A DNA stretch of 55,824 nucleotides from Dehalococcoidia bacterium (GCA_034420855.1 DAOUKX010000021.1:1-55824), one strand, 5' to 3'; shown: positions 8,045 through 16,798, numbered from the stretch's first letter. A program made the numbers and translations. The notes: generated from the letters alone by a model not told the origin.

Positions 8045-9493
8045 TTAGCCAAACTGGTACTCGGGCGAGGAGGCAATCAGACGAAGCATTTCGCCGACAC
8101 GACGGGCGAAGGCCGCGCGTTCCTCTTCAGAGATGCCCCTCCGGACTGCGCCCTCAGCCTCCGTATGTGCAATGAGCTGACTGCGTGTATCGTCATTCAC
8201 TTGAACGGCGCCCATCAGGTGTGCGCAGCCATCAACAAACTCCCCCGCAGTGAAGCTGTCTTTGACGGAGAGCCTTTGGATAATGTTGCTCACTCCCTCC
8301 AAAGACACATCTCCCACCCTATCGGCTGCGAAGTTGATGCGCCGGACCAGAGCGCCTGTGTCAAGCCATTCATGTCCCGTGTGCCAGCCCTCAACGCTTG
8401 GGGGGTCCAATAGACTCTGTCCCTGGTACGCGGTTTCCATCCCGACCAGGCCAATTCCCGGCTTGGGGGATTGATGGTCCTGGACCAGACGCATAGTGCC
8501 GGCAATCACTTCCGCAGGGCTTTTTACCTTTGCGAAACGAACCGAGGGGTCCTTGAAGAAGTATGCATTGAATAACATGCTTAACGTGGTTCGGATGTCG
8601 TAACCCGAATCGACGAAAGTTGCGGCGATGCGGTTTATCGCCACGGGGTCTCTAGGCGACTCGTCCAGCCAACTGGGTACCTGAACTTCGTCGGCGACAA
8701 AGAAGTTGTACAGGTGGCGGGCCATGAAGCGCGCTGTCGCTGGCTGACGGACTACGATGTCAATGATGTCTTCACCATTGAACATGCCGCTGTGTCCCAG
8801 AAACGTCTTCTCTCCGTCATCGTGGTCGTCAGGGCGGTATTCAAACTCCCAGAGATGCCGTAGATAGGGCATACGAGGCAGCTTAGGGGCAATTGTCCAG
8901 CCAGTGAATGCGCGGGAGCACTCCTTCACGTCTTCCTCAGTGTAGTTGCCCTGCCCCATGGAGAAGAGTTCCAGCAGTTCACGTCCCCAGTTCTCGTTGG
9001 GGGCATCCTTGTGGTTCTCGTTGTTGTCCAGCCAGAAAATCATGGCCGGGTCCTTGGCCAGCCGCAGCAGCAGGTCCCGGTAGTTGCCCATTCCGTGTTG
9101 ACGAAACATCGAAATCTGGGCTTGCATCTGGTTGCAGTTGTCAAGCTTCGAGTGGCCGGTAGCGAAGACCTGGTGCCAGAACAGAGCCATCTTTTCTTCC
9201 AACGGCCTTGGCGTGTTTATCAGCCGATACATCCAGTGGCCCTGGCCGTTGTGCGGTAGTCCGCCAGGTATCTCGAAGCCGGGATTGTGACGGAATATGA
9301 TGCTTTCGTCGATGGGCGGTATCCCATGCTCTTCCGGATAGACCAACTCGTCTACCGTGGCTTCGTAGCCTTTGGCGAGCCTGGCTTCCAGCTCGCTTAT
9401 GGGGGCGCCGAATCCTGCCCTCCGCATCAGGTGTGCCATTAGTGCGATGTCTTTGTCTGCCATCATGTTATCCTGATTCTTGTTGATTCTCAT
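8045..9493 (-). CDS. DUF1800-family protein
   Basis: 482 aa. The DUF1800 core is present as I remember it: LEEKMALFWHQVFATG ... GNYRDLLLRLAKDPAMIFWLDN ... PNENWGRELLELFSMGQGNYTEEDVKECSRAFTGW. Confidence 0.8.
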   Translation of the reverse strand: MRINKNQDNMMADKDIALMAHLMRRAGFGAPISELEARLAKGYEATVDELVYPEEHGIPPIDESIIFRHNPGFEIPGGLPHNGQGHWMYRLINTPRPLEEKMALFWHQVFATGHSKLDNCNQMQAQISMFRQHGMGNYRDLLLRLAKDPAMIFWLDNNENHKDAPNENWGRELLELFSMGQGNYTEEDVKECSRAFTGWTIAPKLPRMPYLRHLWEFEYRPDDHDDGEKTFLGHSGMFNGEDIIDIVVRQPATARFMARHLYNFFVADEVQVPSWLDESPRDPVAINRIAATFVDSGYDIRTTLSMLFNAYFFKDPSVRFAKVKSPAEVIAGTMRLVQDHQSPKPGIGLVGMETAYQGQSLLDPPSVEGWHTGHEWLDTGALVRRINFAADRVGDVSLEGVSNIIQRLSVKDSFTAGEFVDGCAHLMGAVQVNDDTRSQLIAHTEAEGAVRRGISEEERAAFARRVGEMLRLIASSPEYQFG

Positions 9494-9614
9494 GATAGGT
9501 ACGAGTTAAAAGGAAGTCAATTTTGCCGATGATGTAGCAATGTCGTCCATGTCTCGATCTAAAGAGACAGCTATTGTATAGCCAGCGCTGAGTGACCGAC
9601 CTAGAATATGAGAT

Positions 9615-11003
9615 ATGGGCAATAGAAACAGCAGGACATCGCAAAACCGGATAGCGATAATAGGCGGGGGAATATCAGGTCTGGCAGCGGCGTGGGGGCT
9701 GCATCAACACCCCGACCGCTTTGATTTCCGCCTGTTTGAAGCCCAGGACCGGATTGGTGGAAATGCAGTCACAGTTGATATGCCGCAGGAAGACGGGACT
9801 GCCATTCCCTTCGATATTTCGGTAACTGCGTGCATTCCCTCGATTTACCACCACATTGTGCTGCTGATGGAAAATTTTGGCATTGAGCTGTTCGAGACGA
9901 AATTCAGCTACAGCGTTAAGTACAGGGGCCAAGTCTACGCTCACGATTTCGATTCCGAGATCAGAAAAGAGCTGCAGCCGGAGATTGATAAATTCCAACG
10001 CCTCCTTAAACGGCTTCACCGGTTCGGCAGGCTAAGTCGCTCGCAGTCCAAGTTCGTCAATGCCCTTAATCCCTACAACTACGTGAGCATGGGCACGGTG
10101 CTGAATTGGCACGGCTTTTCGGGGGAATTTCGTTACAAGATTCTCAAGCCGATGTTCGTTAACTTTGTGCTGGCGACGAACGTGTTCGACATGCCGGCGT
10201 CTCTCTTCTCCAGATACCTCGAGTTCTTTGACATAGAGTTCGCCACTCTCATGCAGACCTGGGACCAGGGAACCCGGCGAATATATGAAAACCTGACTTC
10301 GGGCCTTAGAGACAAGATTTACCTGAGCAGGCCCGTCCGAAAAGTCTATCGGAAGCCCTCCGGCGTTGTGGTAGAGGACGAAAACGGCGATCAGGAATCA
10401 TTTGACGAGGTGGTCTTTGCCTGCAACGCTAACCAGACGCTGATGATGCTTGATAACCCCACGATGCTGGAGCGTTATCTTCTCTCGTCGATTCGTTACG
10501 AGAGCGAGCTTCACAACCACACGGTAGTGCATTCGGACTCCTCGGTCTTGCCTGATAACGAGGTAAGGCCTCTGGAGACCAGGAGCAACCACATTGAGCA
10601 GTACGGGTCAAGGCCGGACAATTATGAAATCACCTACATCATGCACAACCAGCAGCCCTGGGCCCATGATTCCGACAAACCGTGTCTTGTGACCTACAAC
10701 CCGATCAGCAAGATCAACGAAGGGAAGGTCATCCGAAGACACTGGTTCCAACATATCGTGCACGACGTTCGGCACGTTGCGTTTCTCATGCATTTGTTTC
10801 GATTCGTTCAGGGCAAGAGACACACCTGGCACTGCGGCGCTCATACGCTGATCAACAGCCAGGAGACCTGTTTCGTCAGTGGACTGGCCGCGGCAAGACA
10901 GTTGGGCGCGGATTATCCCTTCGACGACCAGGAAGCAAGGAGGATGTTCAACTATTACGGGAGCATTCTGTACGGTTGGGCTTTCAAGAAAGCGAAGGGT
11001 TGA
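9615..11003 (+). CDS. NAD(P)/FAD-dependent oxidoreductase, COG2907 / amine-oxidase-like
   Basis: 462 aa. N-terminal dinucleotide fold IAIIGGGISGLAAAWGL ... LFEAQDRIGGN. The C-terminal signature W.CGA...(E)..SGL.AA..LG is typical of the COG2907 flavoproteins usually found next to CFA-synthase-like genes. Confidence 0.75.
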   Translation: MGNRNSRTSQNRIAIIGGGISGLAAAWGLHQHPDRFDFRLFEAQDRIGGNAVTVDMPQEDGTAIPFDISVTACIPSIYHHIVLLMENFGIELFETKFSYSVKYRGQVYAHDFDSEIRKELQPEIDKFQRLLKRLHRFGRLSRSQSKFVNALNPYNYVSMGTVLNWHGFSGEFRYKILKPMFVNFVLATNVFDMPASLFSRYLEFFDIEFATLMQTWDQGTRRIYENLTSGLRDKIYLSRPVRKVYRKPSGVVVEDENGDQESFDEVVFACNANQTLMMLDNPTMLERYLLSSIRYESELHNHTVVHSDSSVLPDNEVRPLETRSNHIEQYGSRPDNYEITYIMHNQQPWAHDSDKPCLVTYNPISKINEGKVIRRHWFQHIVHDVRHVAFLMHLFRFVQGKRHTWHCGAHTLINSQETCFVSGLAAARQLGADYPFDDQEARRMFNYYGSILYGWAFKKAKG

Positions 11004-11113
11004 ACAGGGACGGAGGCCGGGAGCGCCACATAATTGAGACCCCGAGTTGTGGGACTTCAGCAGTTGTTCACTTCACTTAAAGCCATGTTCGTGGGTATTT
11101 TTGGAACACTGAT

Positions 11114-11143
11114 TTGCATCCGCATCACCGCAGGAAGTATACT
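11114..11143 (+). promoter_or_regulatory. Candidate sigma70-type promoter for the GPP34-P450 gene (TTGCAT - 18 nt - TATACT)
   Basis: TTGCAT at 11114-11119 and TATACT at 11138-11143, about 60 nt upstream of the ATG at 11205. That ATG has an AAGGAGA ribosome-binding site. Pattern match only. Confidence 0.35.
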
Positions 11144-11204
11144 GAGTGTGTATCCGTTAAGAGTGGTTGAGATTAGTGCGTGGAATTGACGCAAGGAGAC
11201 AATC

Positions 11205-13232
11205 ATGGTTACAGCCACACAGGAAACTGCCCTTTACACGCTGACTCTGCCAGAGGAACTCATTCTGATGCTCCTCAACGAGGAGAACGGGTACTTTCAT
11301 CAGGTTCCCGGCTGGGATTTGAACTGCGCCATCGTCGGAGCTGCCCTTGGTGAACTCTCCCTTCTGTCTCGGATAGACACCGACCTTGAGTCTCTATTTC
11401 TCATTGACTCTACAGAAACCGGCGACCCTACACTGGACCCCATATTGAAGGAGATTGCGGAGGAAGAGAACAAGCGCGATGCGCTATATTGGATTGAAAG
11501 GCTCGCTCCCCGCGCTGAGTCCATCATCGACCTGACGCTCGACCGGCTTGTGGACATGAAGATTCTGGAGCAGCACGCGGGAGAATTCTGGACTCTTGCT
11601 CGCAATGCACGCATGGGTAAGTTTGCCGGCGGTTTCTCCGAGGGCACCCTGGTAGAGTTCGTCAAAACGCGGATTACCAAGGAGATCTTCGACGACGAGA
11701 TCCCTGACCCGCGGGACGCCATGCTCATCAGTCTCGTTGATGCATGCGATGTCTTTCGCTTCATGTTCCAACTGGATGAGGAGACGGAAAAACGCATCAA
11801 GTTTATTCGCCAGACAGCTTTGCTTGGGCGCACCATTGCCGCTGCCGTCGCCGAAAACATAGCCAGTCCGCTGCTCAGACGGTCTGCGTTAACCAAGAAG
11901 ATTCCAAACGTCTCACTGCGCAAGATGATGTTCAACAAGCGCCTGCGGGACGGAAACATTCCTGCCCTATTCGCAGATCTTGCAAGCGAGTACGGCCCAG
12001 TGTTTCAGATTCGGCCGCCGTTCCAGAAGCCCATGATTTTTCTGGCCGGGCCTGAGACAAATCATTGGGTGCACCGACGCGGGCGCATGTACCTCAGGGC
12101 GAAAGACTATATTGCAGACTTTGAGAAAGTTTATGGAGCAAACGGGGTCTTGCCTTCCCTAGATGGAGCGGATCATTTTAAATTGCGCAAGTCTCTGGCG
12201 CCGGCCTATTCCCGGGGAAGGCTATCAAGCCAGGTAGAGCAAGTGTATGAATATGTGAGGAAATTCATGTCTACCTGGGAGGTGGGAGACGTACACCCCG
12301 CAACAGCCATGTGCCGGCAAATGATTAACGCGCAACTCTCACCCCTGTTTATCAGCGTTGATTCCCAGGACATCATCGAAGACCTCGCAAAATACAAGGA
12401 ACGGGCGCTGCTGGTCCACATCGTAAAAATATTGCCGAAGTTCATGCTGAAGACGCCAGACATGAAACGCCGCGCAAAAGCAGTAGACGTCCTCCTGCAA
12501 AGAGTGCAGAATGTGCATACCCCATCCCAGAGAGCCGGGCAACCGCGAGATCTTGCGGATGACCTGCTGAGTCTGCACGCCAGCGATCCACAGCTTGTTT
12601 CCGAGTCGGACCTTCGGTTTGCTCTATCGGCGGCTTTGATTGCCAGCGTATACCTGGGCGATGCGTTCAGCTTTGCCGTGTATGCCATGTTAGCCCAGCC
12701 GGAACTCTACGCCAAGATCCAAGAAGAGGCAGACGCCCTCTTCGAGAACGGCGATCCAGAAGGCAAAGACTTCACCCTTGATGCCATCGACGTAACCCAC
12801 CGCTTTCTTATTGAATGTCTACGCATGTATCCAATTGTTCCAATGTCCATGCGAACGGTAATGAATTCGTGTGTGGTGGAGGACTATGAACTGCCCGTGG
12901 GTTCGCGCATTATCATTGCCCAGTCAGCCTCTCATTTTATGGAGGACGTTTTCCCGGACCCCTTCAAGTTTGACATAGACCGCTACAAGCCTCCTCGCAA
13001 TGAGCATCACAGCCCCGGATATGCACCATACGGATTGGGAACGCACATGTGCCTCGGTTCCCGGTGGATGGACCTGCAGTTGACCATCAACGTGCTTATG
13101 CTGGCCCATTACTTCACGCTCAAGATTTCTCCGTCCAACTACAAGTTGAAGGTCAACCCGATGCCGTCCTCTAAACCCAACAGCAAGCTGAAGTTCCAGG
13201 TAGTGAACAAAAGGCGAGATATCAACGTCTGA
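11205..13232 (+). CDS. Fusion protein: N-terminal GPP34/GOLPH3-like domain + C-terminal cytochrome P450
   Basis: 675 aa. Residues about 10-225 resemble GPP34 (LPEELILMLLNEENGYF ... DPRDAMLISLVDACDVF). Residues about 240-675 carry P450 hallmarks: ExxR (ECLR), PDPFKFDIDRY, and the heme loop YAPYGLGTHMCLGSRW (Cys codon at 13050-13052). One continuous frame with no internal stop. Confidence 0.85.
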   Translation: MVTATQETALYTLTLPEELILMLLNEENGYFHQVPGWDLNCAIVGAALGELSLLSRIDTDLESLFLIDSTETGDPTLDPILKEIAEEENKRDALYWIERLAPRAESIIDLTLDRLVDMKILEQHAGEFWTLARNARMGKFAGGFSEGTLVEFVKTRITKEIFDDEIPDPRDAMLISLVDACDVFRFMFQLDEETEKRIKFIRQTALLGRTIAAAVAENIASPLLRRSALTKKIPNVSLRKMMFNKRLRDGNIPALFADLASEYGPVFQIRPPFQKPMIFLAGPETNHWVHRRGRMYLRAKDYIADFEKVYGANGVLPSLDGADHFKLRKSLAPAYSRGRLSSQVEQVYEYVRKFMSTWEVGDVHPATAMCRQMINAQLSPLFISVDSQDIIEDLAKYKERALLVHIVKILPKFMLKTPDMKRRAKAVDVLLQRVQNVHTPSQRAGQPRDLADDLLSLHASDPQLVSESDLRFALSAALIASVYLGDAFSFAVYAMLAQPELYAKIQEEADALFENGDPEGKDFTLDAIDVTHRFLIECLRMYPIVPMSMRTVMNSCVVEDYELPVGSRIIIAQSASHFMEDVFPDPFKFDIDRYKPPRNEHHSPGYAPYGLGTHMCLGSRWMDLQLTINVLMLAHYFTLKISPSNYKLKVNPMPSSKPNSKLKFQVVNKRRDINV

Positions 13233-13271
13233 CGCTCTCCGTGCTGCGCAAGCTAGAGGGAAGAAAAGGAC

Positions 13272-14309
13272 TTAAGAAGGCTTGCGAGCCAGGAAGCAGT
13301 AGAGAGGCGTGAAGATCCCTGCCTTGCCGCCCGCCACATAGGCGTTGGCGGTGCAGTCCAAGAGCCCCACCACATCCGTAGATCCCTTTGGGAAAATCCT
13401 CAACGTCTCGGCCACTCTGGATGCTCCGATAAATAGCTTGCGTCCCAACGGAATCCTCCGCAGAGCGTCGCGCATTGTGCCGCCCCTGGTTTCCATGGGC
13501 TGGTACCACGGCGTACTCGGAGCGTTTTCATCCGCGGCCCGATCCATTGCTTCCATTACCTGAAATCCCGCCGTCTGAAGGGCCTGATTTACCTCTTCAA
13601 AACTGGCGATATCCTTGAGCGCGATGCCGTGCATCAGGTCTCTCTTGATGGCGCGGTGCCGCTCCAAGTCGGGGTTGAACTCATCCGTCATGCACATTTC
13701 CTGCCCCCAGAAAAGGGCGCCGGGTTTCAGTACGCGGTATATCTCAGCGAAGGCGCCCGCTTTGTCCGGCGCATGACAGGTTGATTCGATGGCGTAACCA
13801 CGGTCAATTGAATCGTCGGCGATTGCATCCATTTTCATGAAGCTGCATGCCAGATAGTCAACCATGTGGTCGATGCCTGCCTCTGAGTTCAACGCTTTCG
13901 CCTTCTGCAACTGAATTTCACTCCGATTGACGCCGACTACTCTTACATCCGCCTCACTGACAACACGGCGCATCGGGCCACCGATCCCGCAACCAACGTC
14001 TATAACGGTCATGCCCTTGCGCAAGTCCAGCTTGTCTATCATCAGCCGCTGGTGGCGTATCTTGGAATCCTCCAGACTTTCGCTAGGTGACAGGGGTGCA
14101 AAGTGCAGAGATTCACCCCAGCCGAACACCATGAACTCATTGCAGAGGTCGTAGTATTCCTTCACGGTTTCTGCGTGGTCGTAGCCCGGCCCTCCGGCTT
14201 CTTCCATCTTCGCCTTGTCCATCCACTCATGGAAGAGTCTCACGCGGCGACGGACGTCGGATCCTCGGTATGAGTCCTTCAGCCCGCTGGAGAGTTTGCG
14301 CAGTTGCAT
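13272..14309 (-). CDS. Sterol 24-C-methyltransferase (ERG6/SMT)-like SAM-dependent methyltransferase
   Basis: 345 aa. Matches the conserved SMT blocks as I remember them from ERG6: YYDLCNEFMVFGWGESLHFAP (ERG6 YYN..TDFYEYGWGSSFHF), IDVGCGIGGP, YAIESTCHAP (ERG6 YAIEATCHAP), IYRVLKPG, PWY, and the C-terminal AYVAGGKAGIFTPLYCFLARKP (ERG6 LVAGGKSKLFTPMMLFVARKP). Confidence 0.85.
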   Translation of the reverse strand: MQLRKLSSGLKDSYRGSDVRRRVRLFHEWMDKAKMEEAGGPGYDHAETVKEYYDLCNEFMVFGWGESLHFAPLSPSESLEDSKIRHQRLMIDKLDLRKGMTVIDVGCGIGGPMRRVVSEADVRVVGVNRSEIQLQKAKALNSEAGIDHMVDYLACSFMKMDAIADDSIDRGYAIESTCHAPDKAGAFAEIYRVLKPGALFWGQEMCMTDEFNPDLERHRAIKRDLMHGIALKDIASFEEVNQALQTAGFQVMEAMDRAADENAPSTPWYQPMETRGGTMRDALRRIPLGRKLFIGASRVAETLRIFPKGSTDVVGLLDCTANAYVAGGKAGIFTPLYCFLARKPS

Positions 14310-14332
14310 AAGTTCCCTTACCAGGACTTGAC

Positions 14333-16798
14333 CTATTCGTTTTCGTGGCGCCTATGCACGGCTTCTATGGCTTCATCCAATTCATCGGACCAACGCTGCA
14401 CCGAAGATCGGAGCCGCATGTTCTGGTAGGCGCCCCATACAGTCATCATGGGGGGCACCATGATGATGGATACGATGAGTGAATAGGCGATTGTTATGCC
14501 CGCGGTGATTCCGAATTGCTGAGACGCAGCCAGTGGTGAGAATACAAGCGCTCCCAGGCCAAGCCCGGTTGTGAGCGCAGAACCCAGGAGGGCCGAGCCG
14601 GTGGTGGAAAGAGTTTGTACGGCGGCTTGTTGCGGGTCGCGTGCCTTGGAGTATTCCTCACGATAACGGTGAATCATGTGAATTGTGTAGTCCACGCCAA
14701 TGCCGATTGAGAGAGCCGTGATGATTGACGTGATGATTGTGTACGGAATGCCCAGGAGGGCCATTGTTCCCAGGACCGAGATGAGGACAAGCACAATGGG
14801 CCCAACGGCGATTATTGCCAGAGCGGGCTGCCGCACCGTCACCCAGAAGAAAACGGCGAGAACTGTGAGTGCAGCCAGAATGGTGGTAATGATGGCCTCC
14901 GACTGCCGCTCCGTAATGGAGTCGGTGACGGTAACGGAGATAATGCTCTCCGAAGTGGCGGTGATTGTGTCGTCTTCGCCAAACCAGAGGTCTTCAATCT
15001 CCTGTTGGAGTATTTTAGTGCCGGATGGATCGCTGTTGATTACGCGGAATTGAAGCAACATGGCGTCGACCCCATTGGGGTCGTTGATCAGCATCCGGCC
15101 TAAGGCGGGGTCTTTTGCCTCCAGCTTGTCCAGGAACTCTTGCATGAGAGTCGCATCGAATTGGATGCCCGCGGAAGCTTCTTTGAATAGGGCAGCAAGT
15201 TTAGGGTCATACTTGTCCCCGGGTTCCCCACTTTCGGTCACCCAGTCGCGTACAAGTAGCTCGTAGGATGCGAGAATGGGTCCGGCGGCTGCTCTGGGTC
15301 GTCGGGCCTCATCAGCAAAACCTTCCTCAAGGTCCTGCAGATTTAGGAGGGTGCGAGTCTCCGTGGCTTCCCCCCTGACAAGGGCAGTGGCCATTTCGGT
15401 TGAGCCGCCAACTGCAACTTCAAGGGTGTCCAGGTCCTTCAACAAGGTCCCGCCCCGCGGAAGGATGTCGCGTATGTCGAATTCCGACTTGAGGTCGGTG
15501 GCCGCAAATCCGAATCCGATGGTCACGGCAATTACGCCAATGATGTAAGGGGCAGGTCTGTTCGTAACACTGCGTCCCAGCCACGCCGCGATGCGGCTGA
15601 CGCCGGGCAAGGCGTTCGCAATGGGACGAGGTGGAGTCAGGCTTCCACGTGCTTCGCGTCTGCGATCAATGATTGTCCTACCGGCAGGTACAAGGGTCAG
15701 CATTACGATAAGGCTCATGCCAACTCCCAATCCGGCGATGATGCCGAAATCTCCCACGATGTTGATCGGCGAGAAAAGGTTGGCCAGGAAGCTGATAATA
15801 GTGGTGACGGCAGCCAATACCAGAGGTATGGTGACGTTTCGCAGGCCCATCCTGACAGAGCTCAGGACCCCTTCCCCGGCGGTGCGCTGCTCTCGGTAGT
15901 GGGATACAATTTGGATTGCGTAGTCCACGGTGAGGCCGATGATGATTATGGGCACCATGGTGGTCAGGGAGTTGGGAGGGCCGGTGATTCCCAATCCGTT
16001 CGGTCCAAGCCAGCCTTCCGTGCCGACAATCCAGATTATCGACATGAGGAGACCGCCAAGGGTCAGGAAGAGGTCCGAGAATGTGCGCATGAAGAGGAGA
16101 ATCAACGCTGCGATCAGCAGGAAAGCGAGCCCGATAAGGGGCGCCATTCCTTCTTCGGTGGCCTTCCTGTATTCGTCCTCTATGACGATGGGAGAAACGC
16201 TGCTCACGGTCAGCGGGCCTTCATCGCCAATTGCCAAATCTTGAATCAGACGCTCTGCGACCTTTATTCGTTCGTCGCCGGTGTCCTGGAGGCGGATGAT
16301 GGCAATTGACACTGCGGTACCGTCGATGTCTGTACCGGTTACTGCGTCCAAGGCGGCCTGAATCTCCGGGATGCTACGAACAGAATCTATTTCCGCCTGG
16401 GTGACGGACTCGAAGGAGTCCACCTGAAGCAGGGACTTGATCATGAACGAGGGAGCGAAGACGGGGTCTTCGTGCTCCAACAGGGTTCCAACGCTTGGAT
16501 TGCTAACCATGGACGATACGAGGCCATCCATCTGCCCGAGTCCCTGTGGGGTAAAGGCCTCGCCGCGAAAGACCAAAGTCACTACATTGGCTTCACCGGA
16601 ATCTCCAAAAAGCTCGTCGATTTCCACTAGGACTTCAGCCACGCGGCTATTATCGGGAAGGGTTTCCGCGGTTTCTGGCGGCGGGGCTCTCCGGGTGGCT
16701 CCCGCGCCCAGCAATACGGTGATGAGGACTAGGACGAGGATGGTGATGTACGGGCGTCCCGTGATTATTCGGCTCAACCTGCCTGGTATGTCGCTCAT
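14333..16798 (-). CDS. RND-superfamily exporter, COG1033/MMPL/HpnN-like (two 6-TM bundles with sterol-sensing-domain-like topology)
   Basis: 821 aa. Two homologous halves, each an extracytoplasmic domain followed by about 5-6 TM helices. Paired motifs GLTVDYAIQIVSHYREQ and GIGVDYTIHMIHRYREE are typical of COG1033/HpnN-type transporters. Confidence 0.8.
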   Translation of the reverse strand: MSDIPGRLSRIITGRPYITILVLVLITVLLGAGATRRAPPPETAETLPDNSRVAEVLVEIDELFGDSGEANVVTLVFRGEAFTPQGLGQMDGLVSSMVSNPSVGTLLEHEDPVFAPSFMIKSLLQVDSFESVTQAEIDSVRSIPEIQAALDAVTGTDIDGTAVSIAIIRLQDTGDERIKVAERLIQDLAIGDEGPLTVSSVSPIVIEDEYRKATEEGMAPLIGLAFLLIAALILLFMRTFSDLFLTLGGLLMSIIWIVGTEGWLGPNGLGITGPPNSLTTMVPIIIIGLTVDYAIQIVSHYREQRTAGEGVLSSVRMGLRNVTIPLVLAAVTTIISFLANLFSPINIVGDFGIIAGLGVGMSLIVMLTLVPAGRTIIDRRREARGSLTPPRPIANALPGVSRIAAWLGRSVTNRPAPYIIGVIAVTIGFGFAATDLKSEFDIRDILPRGGTLLKDLDTLEVAVGGSTEMATALVRGEATETRTLLNLQDLEEGFADEARRPRAAAGPILASYELLVRDWVTESGEPGDKYDPKLAALFKEASAGIQFDATLMQEFLDKLEAKDPALGRMLINDPNGVDAMLLQFRVINSDPSGTKILQQEIEDLWFGEDDTITATSESIISVTVTDSITERQSEAIITTILAALTVLAVFFWVTVRQPALAIIAVGPIVLVLISVLGTMALLGIPYTIITSIITALSIGIGVDYTIHMIHRYREEYSKARDPQQAAVQTLSTTGSALLGSALTTGLGLGALVFSPLAASQQFGITAGITIAYSLIVSIIMVPPMMTVWGAYQNMRLRSSVQRWSDELDEAIEAVHRRHENE

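Noticed and set aside
11922-13229. The P450 domain considered as CYP51 (sterol 14-alpha-demethylase)
   Set aside because: I cannot find the CYP51 B'-helix (Y..F...P.FG..V.YD) or I-helix (AGQHTS) signatures. The family is left unassigned.
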